The notes beneath the pieces were generated by a model that was not told the DNA's origin, searched no databases, and saw only the letters and a list, made by a program, of their open reading frames with translations. A program made the position numbers and the translations under genes. A stretch of 64,000 nt of DNA, from NCBI GenBank assembly GCA_951406725.2, contig OX597814.1:75764001-75828000 (forward strand). The letters run 5' to 3'. The stretch comes from Octopus vulgaris. Its lineage: Eukaryota. Positions 12,017 to 25,410 of the stretch are shown here, piece after piece (positions within the stretch are counted from its first letter, which is position 1; every line of letters starts with the position of its first letter).

Positions 12017-12230
12017 TGAGCTGGCAGAATTCTTAACATGCCAGGCAGAATGTTTAGTGGCATTTTGTTTGTCTTTATGTTCTAGGTTTGAATTCCACTA
12101 AGGTCACCTTTTCCTTTTATCCTTTCTGGATTGATAAGATAATTACTAGTTGAGTACCAGTTGAGTACCAGTTGAGCACTGGGGTCAATGTAATCAATTT
12201 TCCCTCTCCCCAGAAATTGCTGGCCTTGGG
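12017..12230 (+). mobile_element. SINE (GAGCTGGCAGAAT head); related copy at ~59612-59800
   Basis: Head and body (GATAAAATAAGTAC, AAATTGCTGGC) shared between the two loci; B-box-like GGTTTGAATTCC. Confidence 0.65.
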
Positions 12231-12231
12231 C

Positions 12232-12233
<2 letters not shown>

Positions 12234-12262
<29 letters not shown>

Positions 12263-13565
12263 TATTATTATTATTATTATTTATTATTTCAATTTACTTG
12301 TTTGTCACAATCACTTGCTGAGACACACCTAATATCCTACGGCAAGGGAAGGATAAGAGATGTTACAGTATGACTGAAAACTTGGGGAGAGGAAGTGGGA
12401 GGGGCAATAGCGAAATATCTTCATGTAATACAGCACAGACATTTAAATTGATAGGGTTTTTCTAAGGATGTGGGCAGTACTTGTCAGCACAATCTTTTGG
12501 ATTTTTACTGATACATGGTTCTCCTGGGATGTTATCTAGATGTTTTTAACATCCCTTTTTTATCATACCTAGAGCACCTACAATAACAGAAGCAGTTCTT
12601 GCTTTAAGATGTCATATCGTTTGTATTTCAATTTCCAGGTCCTTATATTTATTTAATTTGTCAAATTCCTTTACAGATATATTTTTATCAGTGGGAGCAT
12701 TTACATGTATTAGTATACAAATATTTTCTTCCTGTCCTTTATGACTATGTCTGGTTGATTAGCCTGGATCATTTTGTCAGTGTTGACTGGAAAATCCCAG
12801 AGGACAGTAATATTTTTACCTTCAATGACTGGCTCAGGATGATATTCATACCAGTAAGCAGGAGTGCTTATTTTATAGTGTTTACATATTTTTCAATGTA
12901 AATACTGTCCTATCCTATCGTGGCAATTTTTGTATTCGTTTAGTGTCAGTACAGGACATCCCAAGATGAGATGGTGTATTATTTCATCAAATGTGCCTCA
13001 GAATCTGCATTTCAGAACTATTTTGAAGAACGTTAGTCTGGTAGTTTTTGGTAAGCAAGCTTTGATCTGGTGCTTCTAATATGAAACCTTCAGTCCTGAA
13101 CTTCTCAACCACTGATGGGTTGTAACTTGGTCAACATCAGCATTTTGACTTTGAAGTATATACTGTCCATACAGAGGCTTCACCACTCCACATTTTGTTT
13201 CTGCCTGTTCTTTTTTGTAGTCTGCTTGTTCCGTTTTGCTTGACCCACAAGAAAGTTATAAATAGCTGGGGATAAACTAAGGAGATGATATACAACATGC
13301 TTCTATGAAGGAAAAAATAAGAAAGGCGTATTACAGAAGAGTAAGATTCATATTAAAATAAATTGCATCAAAGCCATTAATAGCCTAGCACTTCCAGTAG
13401 TCCAATACAGTTTTCACATCATTAATTGGAATCTTACAAAGCTCCAATGCCTGGACACGAAGACAAGAAAACTACTAACATCTAAGAACATGCATCACCC
13501 AAAAGCAGACGTTGATTGTCTGTATCTACCTAGAAGTAATGGGGAAAGAGAAATGATGCAAGTAG
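12234..13565 (-). mobile_element. R4/Dong-clade (restriction-like endonuclease) non-LTR fragment with 5' inversion
   Basis: The minus strand encodes LWDFPVNTDKMIQANQPDIVIKD...KYKDLEIEI...VIVGALGMI (RLE domain) and ends in a (TAA)n tail; ~13243-13565 encodes the upstream region (KAINSLALPVVQYSF...MHHPKADVDCLYLPRS) on the plus strand. Confidence 0.8.
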
Positions 13566-13624
13566 AACTGTGTTGTTATTATTATCATCATCATCATCAT
13601 CATCATTATTATTATTATGTGTCA

Positions 13625-14365
13625 AGTCATTTAAAAATCTTGGATGTACAGTAAACTTTAAGAGTACTCTTAATGAAAAAAATTAATGTAAGGATATCTA
13701 AGGCTACAAGTGCTTTTGGAAAACTTTCCCATTGTTTGTGAGATAAACATGGTGTCAGTCTGAAAACTAAAATAAATGTATACAAATCTTGCATTTTGAG
13801 CACACTTTTGTATGGAGCAGAAGCCTGGACTCCCTACTACAGACATATAAAGAAACTTGAAACCTTTCATATGTGCTGTTTGCACAATATCTGCAACATA
13901 AAATGGTAAGATAAGATATCAAATGTCCAAATCTTAGTAAAATGTGATATTTCCAGTATCCAAAATATGTTGCTGAGAATTCAGTGCAGATGGATAGGAC
14001 ATGTTCGAATAAAAAAATGACTGCATTTCAAAAATTCTTTTGTATGGCCAATGAGTAGAGGAACTCCACAGTAAAGGAAAACCTGTTCTTAGGTATAAGG
14101 ATAAGATGAAGTAATTACTAGAGTCTCTACAGCTTAATTTGACATTTTGGGAAAGTCATTGCCTCGATTGACCTGCATGGCATAAAAGGTGTCATGATGC
14201 ATCAAAGCAATTTAAGTTGAAGAAACAGAACAATAAAAAAGTTATATCCTGCAATCAACTGACACATTCCCAGGCAAAATAAAAATCACCAATGTCCTCA
14301 TTGTGGCTTCATAGCAAAATCCATACCTCGACTCATATTACATTCACGAATCCATTGCAAATAGA
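13625..14365 (+). mobile_element. Decayed 3' fragment of a BovB-like RTE LINE
   Basis: RISKATSAFGKL...TKINVYKSCILSTLLYGAEAWT...LETFHMCCL...RWIGHV and a C-terminal CPHC zinc knuckle, with stops and frameshifts. Confidence 0.85.
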
Positions 14366-14469
14366 TACAGCTTCTTTTATTCTTTTATTTTTAAAGTTGT
14401 ATCACATTTTTTGATTTTCTCACTTATTTCTTCCTCTTCAAACACTCATACATTGAAATCAACAGGAGT

Positions 14470-15250
14470 GACCATCACCACCACCACCACCACCACCACC
14501 ACCATCACCACCACCATCATCATCATCATCATCATCAAGAAGAAGAAGAAGTTATTCATAATAGCTGTTATAGTATTTTGTTTCCTTGTTAGTTGATTTT
14601 ATTGTTCTATTCAGTTCATTTAATTACTTATTTCGATGTACTGAAACTAAATTGCATTATTGATTTCTTACAAAAGTAAAGGCTGTTATATTTTTATAAT
14701 GAAAATACAATGTGAATCTGTGATGTTCATGTCTTTCTTATGGTAGATAATGAAGGGAATAAAAGTCAAATGGATACATTAGTCACAAATTCCTTTTATT
14801 TCTTTTTTTACTTGTATTTGCTGATTAGGGGCAAAATTAAAACGCTGATTTCTTTTATCGATGTAACATTGAAAAGGAGATAAAATGTGATTGTGGAGTA
14901 TTCATGCCTATCTTGTAATATTTTAGCAATGAAACAAGTGGATATAGTGAGTGTTCACAGCTTCATTATTAAAATCAGGGCAGAAATTATATTTAATGTT
15001 ATTAATATTCTAACCACAATGATGAAGATGGTGATGATAATGATGATGACAATGATGGTGGTGGTAACGGTAGTGGCAGCAGAGTTGGTGGTGATGATGG
15101 TGGTGTTCACAGTGGTGGCAGCAGCAGTTGTGTTAGCAGTGGTGGTGTTGAGGATGACAATAATAGCAATGATGATGATGAGAACAACAATGGCAACAAC
15201 AGTTCTGGCAGCAATGATAATGTTGATAATGACAACTATTATAATCATTA
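14470..15250. repeat. Trinucleotide low-complexity tracts (CAC/CAT/AAG at 14470-14550; GAT/GGT/GCA at 15018-15240)
   Basis: Directly visible; produce the poly-T/M/V ORFs. Confidence 0.85.
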
Positions 15251-16004
15251 ATTGTAAATCTATTTTACAATGCAGGAATTCCCATTTTAGAGTATGTCTT
15301 TAAAGTGATCTTGGGATTCTGTACCAAAGCTTGAATTCACAATATGTTTACACTTTTTTGTTTCAGTTCTTCGCGAGAATTGTTCTAATTATCATATAAC
15401 CCTGAAGCCCTTAAAACATGTGTTGGCATCCTAATTTTCTCCCTCTTTTCCACTTAAATTTCTATGGCTTTATCCCAATGTAAGAAACAAATGTACCTTT
15501 ACCTTATTTTCAAGTAGTAATCGCATAAAATTTGTAGCAAACACTGCATAGCAAATGACAAACTCTCAAAGGAGATTTACTCATGAAAAATAAAATGGTT
15601 TTGTGAATCTTAGTATGTTTTTAGTTTTGTATTCATATAGCATGCTAGCTAGTGTAGTGAAGCCAGTCCTTATTCAAGTAACAACTCATCATCAGTAATT
15701 ACCAATGGGAAAAATAAGTGAAGTAAACTGGTTTCATCAGGAATGTTACTTGTATCACAGACTAAGCTTTTTCTGCTATTTACTTTATGTTGTACTCTGT
15801 GAACAATGCAAGTTTCCATTGAACCATTTATTGGTTCAGTGTGTTTGTGATAGTGACAGTCACAAAAGAACATCTGTGCAATGCAAACGAACAAATACAT
15901 GTATTTTTGTTTTAAAGCTTTGGCTTATTGGTTTAATTGACAATATTTTGAATCAGATGCTGAAATAAATATCAGAACAAGTTATACACTTGTCTACAAG
16001 TATA

Positions 16005-17535
16005 CAGTGGGGGGAAATAAATATTCGTACATGTCAAAAGTCTTTATTTATCTAATTTCTAATGAACATAAATGGGATATACCAATTCTATATTTGCATA
16101 CACATGCATAAACTAAGAATATGCAAAAGAAACTAATAAATTATAGTTACTAAGGAATTTATATACAATTATAAATATTTAGGGGTGAAAAAGTATTCGT
16201 ACAGAACATAAATAACTGATAATTCTGATTTAATACTTCATTGCATAACCATTATTCAGTTCCACTTCAACTAATCTCTTCTTGTAGTTCTTAATAAATG
16301 ACTTGCATGTTTCTTTAGGAATTTTTTCCCATTCTTCTTGACAAATTTTCTTCAAATCTGGAAAGCACATTGGGGCTCTTGAATGAATTTTAATTTTCAA
16401 ATAACACCACAAATTTTCAATGGGGTTCAAGTCAGGTAACTGGCTTGGCCATTCTAATAATTTTATATTGTGATCGACAATCCATTTTTTGGTAGACTTC
16501 GCCGTGTGCTTAGGGTCATTATCCACCCTTCACAATGCTGGGGCTTTTCTACAGAGTCCCATAAATTATTGTTCAAAATATTTTGGTACATCTCTGCATT
16601 CATTCTACCATCTATCACATGTAAATTGCCAGTACCATTTCCAGAGAAACACCTCCACACCATGATGTTGCCACCTCCAAACTTTATGGTAGGAATTATG
16701 TTTTTCGGTGAATAGGCACTACCATCTTTCCTTCAGACATGGCTACACGAATTTCTTCTAAACAATTCAATTTTCAACTTGTCTGTCCATAGAACATTTT
16801 CCCAGAATGTATCAGGTTTATCTTTATGGTCATAAACAAATTTTAAACGGGCATCTCTATGCCTTTTAGTCAACAGCGGAGTTTTCTAGGAGAGCGTGAC
16901 TTCAGTTCATTCCTATGAAGTTCATTGCTAATTGTTCATAGTGTAACACTAGTCCCTGAAGCTAACAAATCTTCTTGCAACTCCCTTCTGGTGATCATTG
17001 CGTTTTTTTCGATTCTTCATTTTATTTCTCTTAAAGATCTAGGGGAAATCTTCCATGGGTGCACTGGATCCTATTCTATTTTCAACAGTTCCCGATTTTT
17101 TATATCTTTGAATAAATGAAGATATGGTAGAAAATGGGGTACAAAGGGTCTCTGATATTTTCCTGTAACTTTTACCTGCTTTCCACTGTTTAATAGATTA
17201 ACTAATTTAACTAATCTTATCAGTTGTCATTTTTAAGTGTCAAAATGACAACTGATAAGATTATTGGAACAAACGAGAAAGTTCTAGTAAAAAAAATTTT
17301 ATTTTAACAGTATTTTGTGGCATAGAAAATCAAAAATTTATTCTGTACGAATACTTTTTTCACTCCCTAAATATTTATGATTGTATATAAATTTCTTAGT
17401 TACTATAATTTATTAGTTTCTTTTGCATATTCTTGGTTTATGCATGTGTATGCAAATATAGTATTGGTATATCCTATTTATGTTCATTAGAAATTAAATA
17501 AATAAAGAATTTTGACATGTACGAATATTTATTTC
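16005..17535 (-). mobile_element. Tc1 (DD34E) transposon of IR-DR type with defective transposase
   Basis: TA|CAGTG left end; ~200 bp TIRs (16005-16206 / 17341-17535), each with two ATTCGTAC direct repeats; DNDPKH...PDLNPIE with 34 residues between D and E; frameshifted; outer right end lost. Confidence 0.92.
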
Positions 17536-17984
17536 ATCCAGCCATAGAAATCATACCAAAGCAAACTAGAGCACAATGCAGTCCCTGGACCCATCAGAAT
17601 TTGTCAAACCATTCAACTCATGCCAGCATGGGCTTTAAAAGAATATGATGATGTTGATGATGACACTGATACATGCGTGCTCATGGGCGTGCACACACAC
17701 AAACTTTAGATTAGTTAAAATATGTTTGTGACATATTTTAACTTCTATAGGCAAATTCATTGCAGTTACTATGGAGAAAACAGATTCTCTCTTACAGTAA
17801 AGGTGTAAAAACACCAATCTGCCCAGTACTCCCCTCTAGTGGAGTCCCAGATGCATGTTTCTGGCTCTTTAGCCTTCCATAATGGAAAATACCAAATAAG
17901 AATAACTCTGAGTAGATTCAAAGCCATAGCTTTAACTAAAAAACAGTCAGCATCAGTTACTGAGTTGTGCTAGTGGACCACCTG

Positions 17985-18053
17985 AGAATTTTTTCTCAGT
18001 GAATTTTTATTCAGTAACTTCAGTGAATTTTTCTCAGTAACTTCAGTGAATTT
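17985..18053. repeat. Short minisatellite (GAATTTTTCTCAGT / AACTTCAGT units)
   Basis: Directly visible tandem units. Confidence 0.7.
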
Positions 18054-19069
18054 GCCTTTAGAAGTTAAAATATATCACAAATATTTTTACTAGCTTAAAG
18101 TTAATTTATTTTTAATTGTTGTTTGGTGCTGTTACTGCTATATACATGTATATATTATCTGAAGTATACATATATACTTATCTTACCAATCAGTTTTGCA
18201 TTAGAGATTCAATGGAGTGTTAGGTAAGAATCTGATTATGTAACCCTGTGCTCATTAGAGGTAATCATTATGGAATGATATATCGCGTCTATACACACAC
18301 ACACATACACATTTATATATATGCATGTGTATTTGTGTGCCTGTCTGTCTATGTATATACAACAAACTTCTGCAACAGTTCTGTCTATCAAATCTCACTG
18401 AGAAAATATTGGCCAAATGATAGAAAATGCTACTTTCTGGTAGTGCCACACAGTAGGACTGAACCTAGAATCTTGTACTGATTCATACCTCCCTGCTTGC
18501 TTGCTTGTTTACTTGAGGTTTTCCATCTTCTTTGACTCAATGCTGTCATACTTAATGTACTAACTCAATAAATTTTAACTAATTAGATTTTCACCAATAA
18601 TTAGAAGAACCAATCGATATCTTAATGAACCAAATGGTTAAGAAAGGCAAAGGAGACAACCCCAGAAACTTAAATTAATTGCGATTAATTAAAAATAGAA
18701 TGTAGTAGTTAATACCAGTTCACTTAAGATTGATAATTATCTTGGGAAAGGTATGCACATTCATGCTTTCATTCTCCTTTCCTATAAATGTACATGCTTT
18801 GTGACTAAATAAAAAAACAAAGACTTTCTTTTTTTATTTAAAACATTTTCCTGTTAGTTCCAGTAGTTATTATTTAGATTTTGTTTATTCAAACATAAAT
18901 TTGTCAAAACTGGATATAGAATACAACATTTTATTTCAAAAGTGTGGCTATTTCAAAGAGTGAAAGCTAATCAGAACATGTGGAAACCATTTAAAAAAGT
19001 TTCTCCAGTTTGTCAATGTGAAGAAATGAATTTTGAAAATACTAAAGGAACGAACAATAAAAGAATAAT

Positions 19070-19262
19070 TTGTTCCCTCATCACCACTTGACAACTGGTA
19101 TTGGTGTTTACATTCCCATAACTTAGTGATTTGGCAAAAGAGTGTGATAGAATAAGTACTAGGCTTAAGAAATGTCCTGGGGTTGATTTGTTCAACTAAA
19201 ACCCTTCAAGGCAGTGCTCTAGCATGGCCATAGTCAAATGACTGAAGTAAGAGAGCAAAAGA
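19070..19262 (+). mobile_element. SINE 3' part (ACCACTTGACAACTGG...ATGACTGAA); related copies at ~38510-38690 (-), 46225-46420, 48460-48925, 60660-61010 (-)
   Basis: Recurring body sequence across the window. Confidence 0.7.
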
Positions 19263-22200
19263 GTAATTAATTTAAAGTTAGTTTTTAAAGAAGGTCACTT
19301 TGAAACAAATAGGCATTATCAAGGTCTTCCCCTGATGTAAAAAGATGAAATGTATTGAAAACCAGTCGTATCCTACCTTTGCTTTCATAGGGATTATGAT
19401 ATTGTGTCCTCTTATACAGGCTCAATATCCAAGTTTTCTTACATTACTCTTTGTCTGGAATCTTACCTTTGACCATACTGCCAAGCTTGACATACCAAAA
19501 ACTAAACTCTAGATGGCATCTCTACCAAGATTTTAGAATTTCCGTTTCAGCTCTTCATCAATGTGGAATTCATTATTTAAAATGAAATAAACTATACTCT
19601 TTATATGTTTCTTTCTTTGTGCTTATTTTTATAGAACATTTTATTATCTGTTAGATGTTTCACAAAAATAAAGGAATAAATGTATTTACATGTGTTGTAA
19701 GTAGAAAGTAAAAGAATTCAATGATATTGTTGATTAAAAGTAAAATCTGAAGATCTATTTTAAAGATATACCTAAAACTATGTCACAGCATCATCATATT
19801 TTATGATATGAACTTTTAAAAAGCTTTGTCTTAAATATTTCATAGAGTATAACTCATTTAAAGATGGAAAAAGAGGTAGAAAGAATTATTTGATGGTTGA
19901 GTGCTAAATTAACTGGAAACTGATATGTAGTTTGGGATTTTATAATGGTGAGATTTAAATCTCTCACTTAAGAAGTGTATTAATGTATAAATCTTGTTAA
20001 ACAACTGAGCAGGCTACTAATACTTAAGTTGAAATCACACAAATGTCATTAAAATGTCATTTAATGTACTCAGTAATTCAAGAGATCAGGGTAGATTTTA
20101 AAAATAATTAAATAATAATATCATTAGAAAGTGCTATGGTTGCTACAGTTCTTAACTACAGTTTAGAGGTTCATAATTTTATATATTCCTAAAAGTACTC
20201 ACTAAAACTGTAATTACACAAAGCATATTGAAACCTATATGAAAATGAACACCAGTGGTTCAGACTTAGTAAATATTTTAGAATTAGGAAAGACATCTAA
20301 CTTTTAACATACATTTGTAAAAGTATTAAATCTTTGCAAAAGTTTAGCAAAAAAATAGATGTAAAAATATTCCAGAAAAGTGAAAATTCTATTCAAGTTT
20401 ATTACTCCCCAAAATTAGCATCTGAGTACTCCAGCAGCATATAAAAACTTCTAAAAGGAGATTGTCTTTAATATTGGAGAAATGGTTAGATGGAAAGTAT
20501 TGTCATGAGGAGGAAAGCAAAATGGTAATGTCAAGCAGTTTCATGAATATTGCTGACAAGCTATTTGCATTGATTGAAAAAAAATCAATCATACAATTTG
20601 TCTCTCTCAATCCTTGTATTTAAATCATGTAAAATTGCCAAATGAGATGTGTGCAATGTGTATTGAATAATGATTGCAAATGGGTGAAATAATCCTGAAA
20701 GTAGATTTCTTAAATCTCTTCTCTATAAAATATACTTTTCTCTTCTTTCAAGTGAGAAATTCTTTGGTATTTATATGTTAATCCAATAAGGAAGCACCTT
20801 GTGCAAAATTTTCTTAGATCCTCCTGAACAGGAATAAGCACATAATTAGGTATCTTACCCATGGGCTGATAGTAGAATAAATTTTTCTAAAATACCCAAA
20901 GTTCATTTAGTGAGTTATATTATTTTCGTTATCATTGGTTTTATGTCTCACTCCATTAAGTGCAACATCATTAACAGTAAGTTTTTCAATACTCACAAAA
21001 GGAAATCTGAAATTTTTTGCCAATATTTGTCAAGACTAGTTTAGATTGCTTGTTTTGGACACAACAAATTCACTTAGAAATCAATTTGTCATTCTATATT
21101 CTTTGTTGTTACATAATTGCTCATATCACATCTTAAATAACTTACATGAATGGCTTCTTCAAGTTTACTGAGTCTAGCATTGTCTTATTGTCTGGAATTA
21201 CCAATATTATCTTTTATGCAAGCAAATCAAACATCTAAGTTTGATACTTTATGGCATTTTCTTTAAAATTACAAGTTAAGTTAATATTAACATATTTAAT
21301 GCAAGGAGCATAAAGTATATATAAAATAACTAGAAATAATTATATGATGAGGAAACAATAGTCACCAACTCATATTTTATTAATTATTTTGGCAAATATA
21401 GGAAATACTCAAAACGCATTTCAATCTAATCCCAATCAAAATAATTAAAATTATATTAGATAATGAGTTACATAAAAATTTCTCCCTTCATTAAATGCAT
21501 TAACTTTGTCTTACTTTAAATATTTCAGTCAATACATTTTTTAATATCTTTTTTTACACCCTAAATGTGACTCTGTATATTTCAATTTCTAATGTGTATT
21601 TGGTACTGTAGCTCACATACGAAGATATTGATTCACTGAATACATTGTCATAGCCAGTATTATGCTTGTAGGCAAGATATACTCAGATTGCCTCAATTTG
21701 CCTAAATACAAAAGGTTCCACTCCTACATCATAATTGCAAAGAATATCATATAATTGTAAAAACAATGCCATAATCAAAATCCTCCCACCTATGACAAAA
21801 TAAAAAAAGTGTCTGGTTTCAGTATAATCTCAAAGCGTGTCAAAAACATATTTTCAATAATTTGCAAGCAGCTGTTGGGTAATTATGAAATATGGTTCTT
21901 CTTTTCTCTAATATGTACACGTATAATACCACTTTAAAGGATAATTACCACTATCAGCCCAAAATTCAGTTTATTTAAACTTATTGTATCAGCTCAGCTC
22001 TCTTTGTCATCCACTACTCTGAATATTTTGCAGTCATTGTCTCAACCAATGAATATGATTAATAAATAAGATTGAGTTCTGTAGGGTGCCTTGTCAGAAT
22101 GGGTATTTGTCATTAACAGATATTATGGCTTTTCCTACAAGGAATTTACTAATTTATTTATAAAGTTCCTTTGTGTTTCAAGATCCAAATTCTCTTGTAA

Positions 22201-22789
22201 TGAAGTAGTCAATATGTATGATATTTATTAAGTCTCCTGTCTAGCTGTATAATAAAGAAGATTGCTTAGCAACTGTATTGCTTCAAGTTTAATCCCATAC
22301 TATGCACCCTTGGAAAATGTGTTCAACTATTGCTTTGAGCCAACCAAAGCCTGGAAATGAAATTTGCATGATCAAAGTTGTTTGGAAGCCAGTTGGAAGG
22401 ACTTGATGGTTTTAGCAGAATATATTCTGTTGTGAGCTCTTGGACCAGGTCTCTGGACAGAAGATAATCTTTTCCCTTCCTCTCATCAGTGTTGACGGTC
22501 CTGAAAGGGAACATGGGCACTGCGCTTTCTCCTCTAAGCCATGAACAAAGAAATATAACCCCAGAAAATGCATATTAAATTGGAATTCTATAGAAATACA
22601 GTTTGGTAATTCTTCCTGTGTATCTAATAAATGCACTATTACTAGACAGTAGTTGATATCACACCTTTAATAATCAGTTCTATTATTTAGACATTACTCT
22701 GGTTAGTCTATTGTTTTTACTAGAGATCCTAATCATTCCTGGTGGTATGCTCTTTTTCTATTTTGAGTAATATAAAATGGTGCTAAGTC

Positions 22790-24450
22790 TTTTCATCCAA
22801 CATCACTTCGTCAAACGTCTTTTTGTTCATGTCATTTGGTCCAACATCTTTTTGTCCAATGATTTTTTTTTGTCCAATGACTTTTTGTCCAATTTTAAAT
22901 AAACTCTTTTGAAAACAAGGTGAAATACTTACAAAACTATAACAAACCTTTTTATAGGTTTGTTATTATTCTTTTTCCTTCTCTGTTAACGGTTTTGCTT
23001 TCTCTTTTTCCTTCTCTCTCTTAAGTATGGTACTGTGTATAGAGAGTGATGCAAATTTTGTGTAAACATTTTTAATTTACCCATCCAGAAATGATAAAGT
23101 TCATAGTATCAACTAAAACCAAAAAAGAAAAGTAGCTAAGGAAAGTAATTACATCTACGATTTTCATTCAAGCAATACAAATCTGGGAAATAAATACTGG
23201 AGATGTAAGAAAAGCAGGCTGTCTTCAGTGCAAATTCATGCAATAATGGAAAGCAACAAGCCAAAAATTATTTATTTTCCTAGTGAGCACCTTCATTCAG
23301 CTGATGTTGATTCATTAATTGCCAGAAAATCAGTTGCAAAAATAAAGCATGAAGCAGTGGAAAACATAACAGCAAGTTCACATATCATAATAGCAGCTAA
23401 CGGAAAATACTTGCCTCTACTTTCAAAGACTATTCAAAGGTGCCGACAAAAATATTCTGGATTTCCCACCAATCCAAGGGCTAGAACTGGTTTTAAAATA
23501 CCTGAAGAATATTGTAAACTTGATAATGAAAAACAGTTTCTGAGATGTGATTCATGTATTGAGGATCAACAGTGCATACTAGTATTTGCATTAGAAAGTG
23601 CTCTTCAGAATATAGCATCATATCATCATTGGACATGTGATGAAATGTTCAAAATTGTGCCAGAACAGTGGTTTCAACTGTTTAGCATTCATGTACAAGT
23701 TAATGGTAGCAGTTTTACACGGGTATTAGCATTACTACTGAATAAAACAAAGCAGATATATGAATTATTTTTCGAGCAATTGAAAATTATGCAACCTTAT
23801 GCATATCCACTTGAACTCATGGCAGATTTCGAAGTTGCAGTTCATAAGGCATTTACTTCTTCATTCCCTAATTCATTTATCGTGGTATGTTTGTTTCATT
23901 TGAGCCAATCAGTATTTTGAAAAATTACAGATTTAGGCCGCAAAGAAAAATACAATAAAGACTCTGAATTCTGTTTTAAAATTCGATGTTTTTTCAGCAT
24001 TAGCCTTCCTACCCATTGAAGATGTTGAAGGGGCCTATGAAGAATTAATAGACAATGAAGAAATATCTGCTAAATTCATCGCTTACTTTGACTTGACTTA
24101 CAAAGGCGTTGTGGGAGGACATGGTGCTAGATGAAGGAGATAACCAACTACATTCACGATAGCTGTATGGAATGTTAATCAGCATATTTTTCAAGATCTT
24201 TCCAGAACAAATAATGTTGCTGAGGGGTTTCATTCTGCAATAATGCGTTTGGCAGGTGGAGCACATTTGAATATTTGGAAATTAATCAAAACTCTGAAGG
24301 AAGAGGAAGGGTTCATTTGAGGTAAAATGACTCTAAGTTTTCGAAGAGATTCGTAAAATTCATGTACACAGTATTGAATAAATAACTGAATGCCTCAAAA
24401 CATTGGTCCTAGAATATGGGTCAACAAGAGAAAAATTGATTTTTTGAAGA
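22790..24450 (+). mobile_element. Mutator-like (FLYWCH + MULE DDE) transposon, pseudogenised
   Basis: Subterminal TTGTCCAA repeats; KYWRCKK (FLYWCH); WTCDEMFK...QLFSIH, LMADFE, CLFHLSQ, RTNNVAEGFH motifs; ORF 23228-23920 ends in a premature stop. Confidence 0.88.
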
Positions 24451-25261
24451 GCGTGGCATATATCAGGTCATCCCATAAGTTCTGAATTTTGAATAAAGAA
24501 AACAAGTGATAAAATGTTATATGTAATTGAAATTTAATCATCAATATACTTTCCCTGATTATCTATGACTTCCTTCCATCTATTTACAAGCTTTTTAATC
24601 CCAACAATGTAAAACTCTTTTGGTTTCAGAGTGAAGAACTATGAAATGTCAGTTTCAACCTCCTCCTGGCCTGCGAAAGTTATGTCCCCCAAATGATTCT
24701 GTGAACTATGAAACAAATGGTAGTCTGAAAGAGCAAGGTCAGGAGAATAAGGTGGATGAGGAATTTTTTCCCAATCAAGCTCTTCGATCTTCTGTTGCTA
24801 TTTTATCCAAGGTGAACTCAGACTGAGATGATCTATAATCAGAATCATTTTAGCTGTGATCTCCCAGCTTTCCCATATATTTAATGCTTCTAGGACCAGA
24901 ATACATATCTCAATTTTTAAGTTGTAGGATGTAATTTGAAGAATATTTTACTCTTATTTATAATAGGTCAAATATTGGAACCTGTGTGCAGCCTCTGGTC
25001 TTGCCAGTTTCTGTCAAGCCATTCAACCCATACCAACATGGAAAACCTATTAAATGCTGCTGCTGATGATAATAATGATCTAAATGCCTTGTCAAGACCC
25101 CTTCTTTGACTCATTTCATCTGTTTCTTAAAACAAATATGGAATCTAATGATAAAAGCCGGATGTTTCATTTAGATTTTAAATCAACAACTTATGAACCA
25201 AAGAAGAAACCTCTACATGGCTGTTTTACCATGGTAGAAATAACAATTAAATTTCCTTTAA

Positions 25262-25410
25262 CTTAACCACTTAGCAAAGCTAGGACACATTGAATAATGT
25301 AGTCTTAGTTGCACTGTGTCAGAAAAATCAATTGAGTAATCATGGTTGTTACACCATTGATCGTATGCTTGCTCAATCAGGGCTGACCTGAGACTAAACA
25401 ATAACAACTC
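25262..25410 (+). mobile_element. Old SINE-like 3' domain (GGACACATTG...CTAAACAACAAC); copies at ~26480-26630, 33130-33240, 33360-33535, 35440-35610
   Basis: Five diverged copies in the window. Confidence 0.6.

Noticed and set aside
14887-15303. Hydrophobic transmembrane-like ORFs (also 34172-34381)
   Set aside because: Products of GAT/GGT/GCA trinucleotide tracts.
22440-22495. Minus-strand CTGATGA...GAGA-CCTGG-TC as a hammerhead
   Set aside because: Stem I does not pair and stem II is unconvincing.
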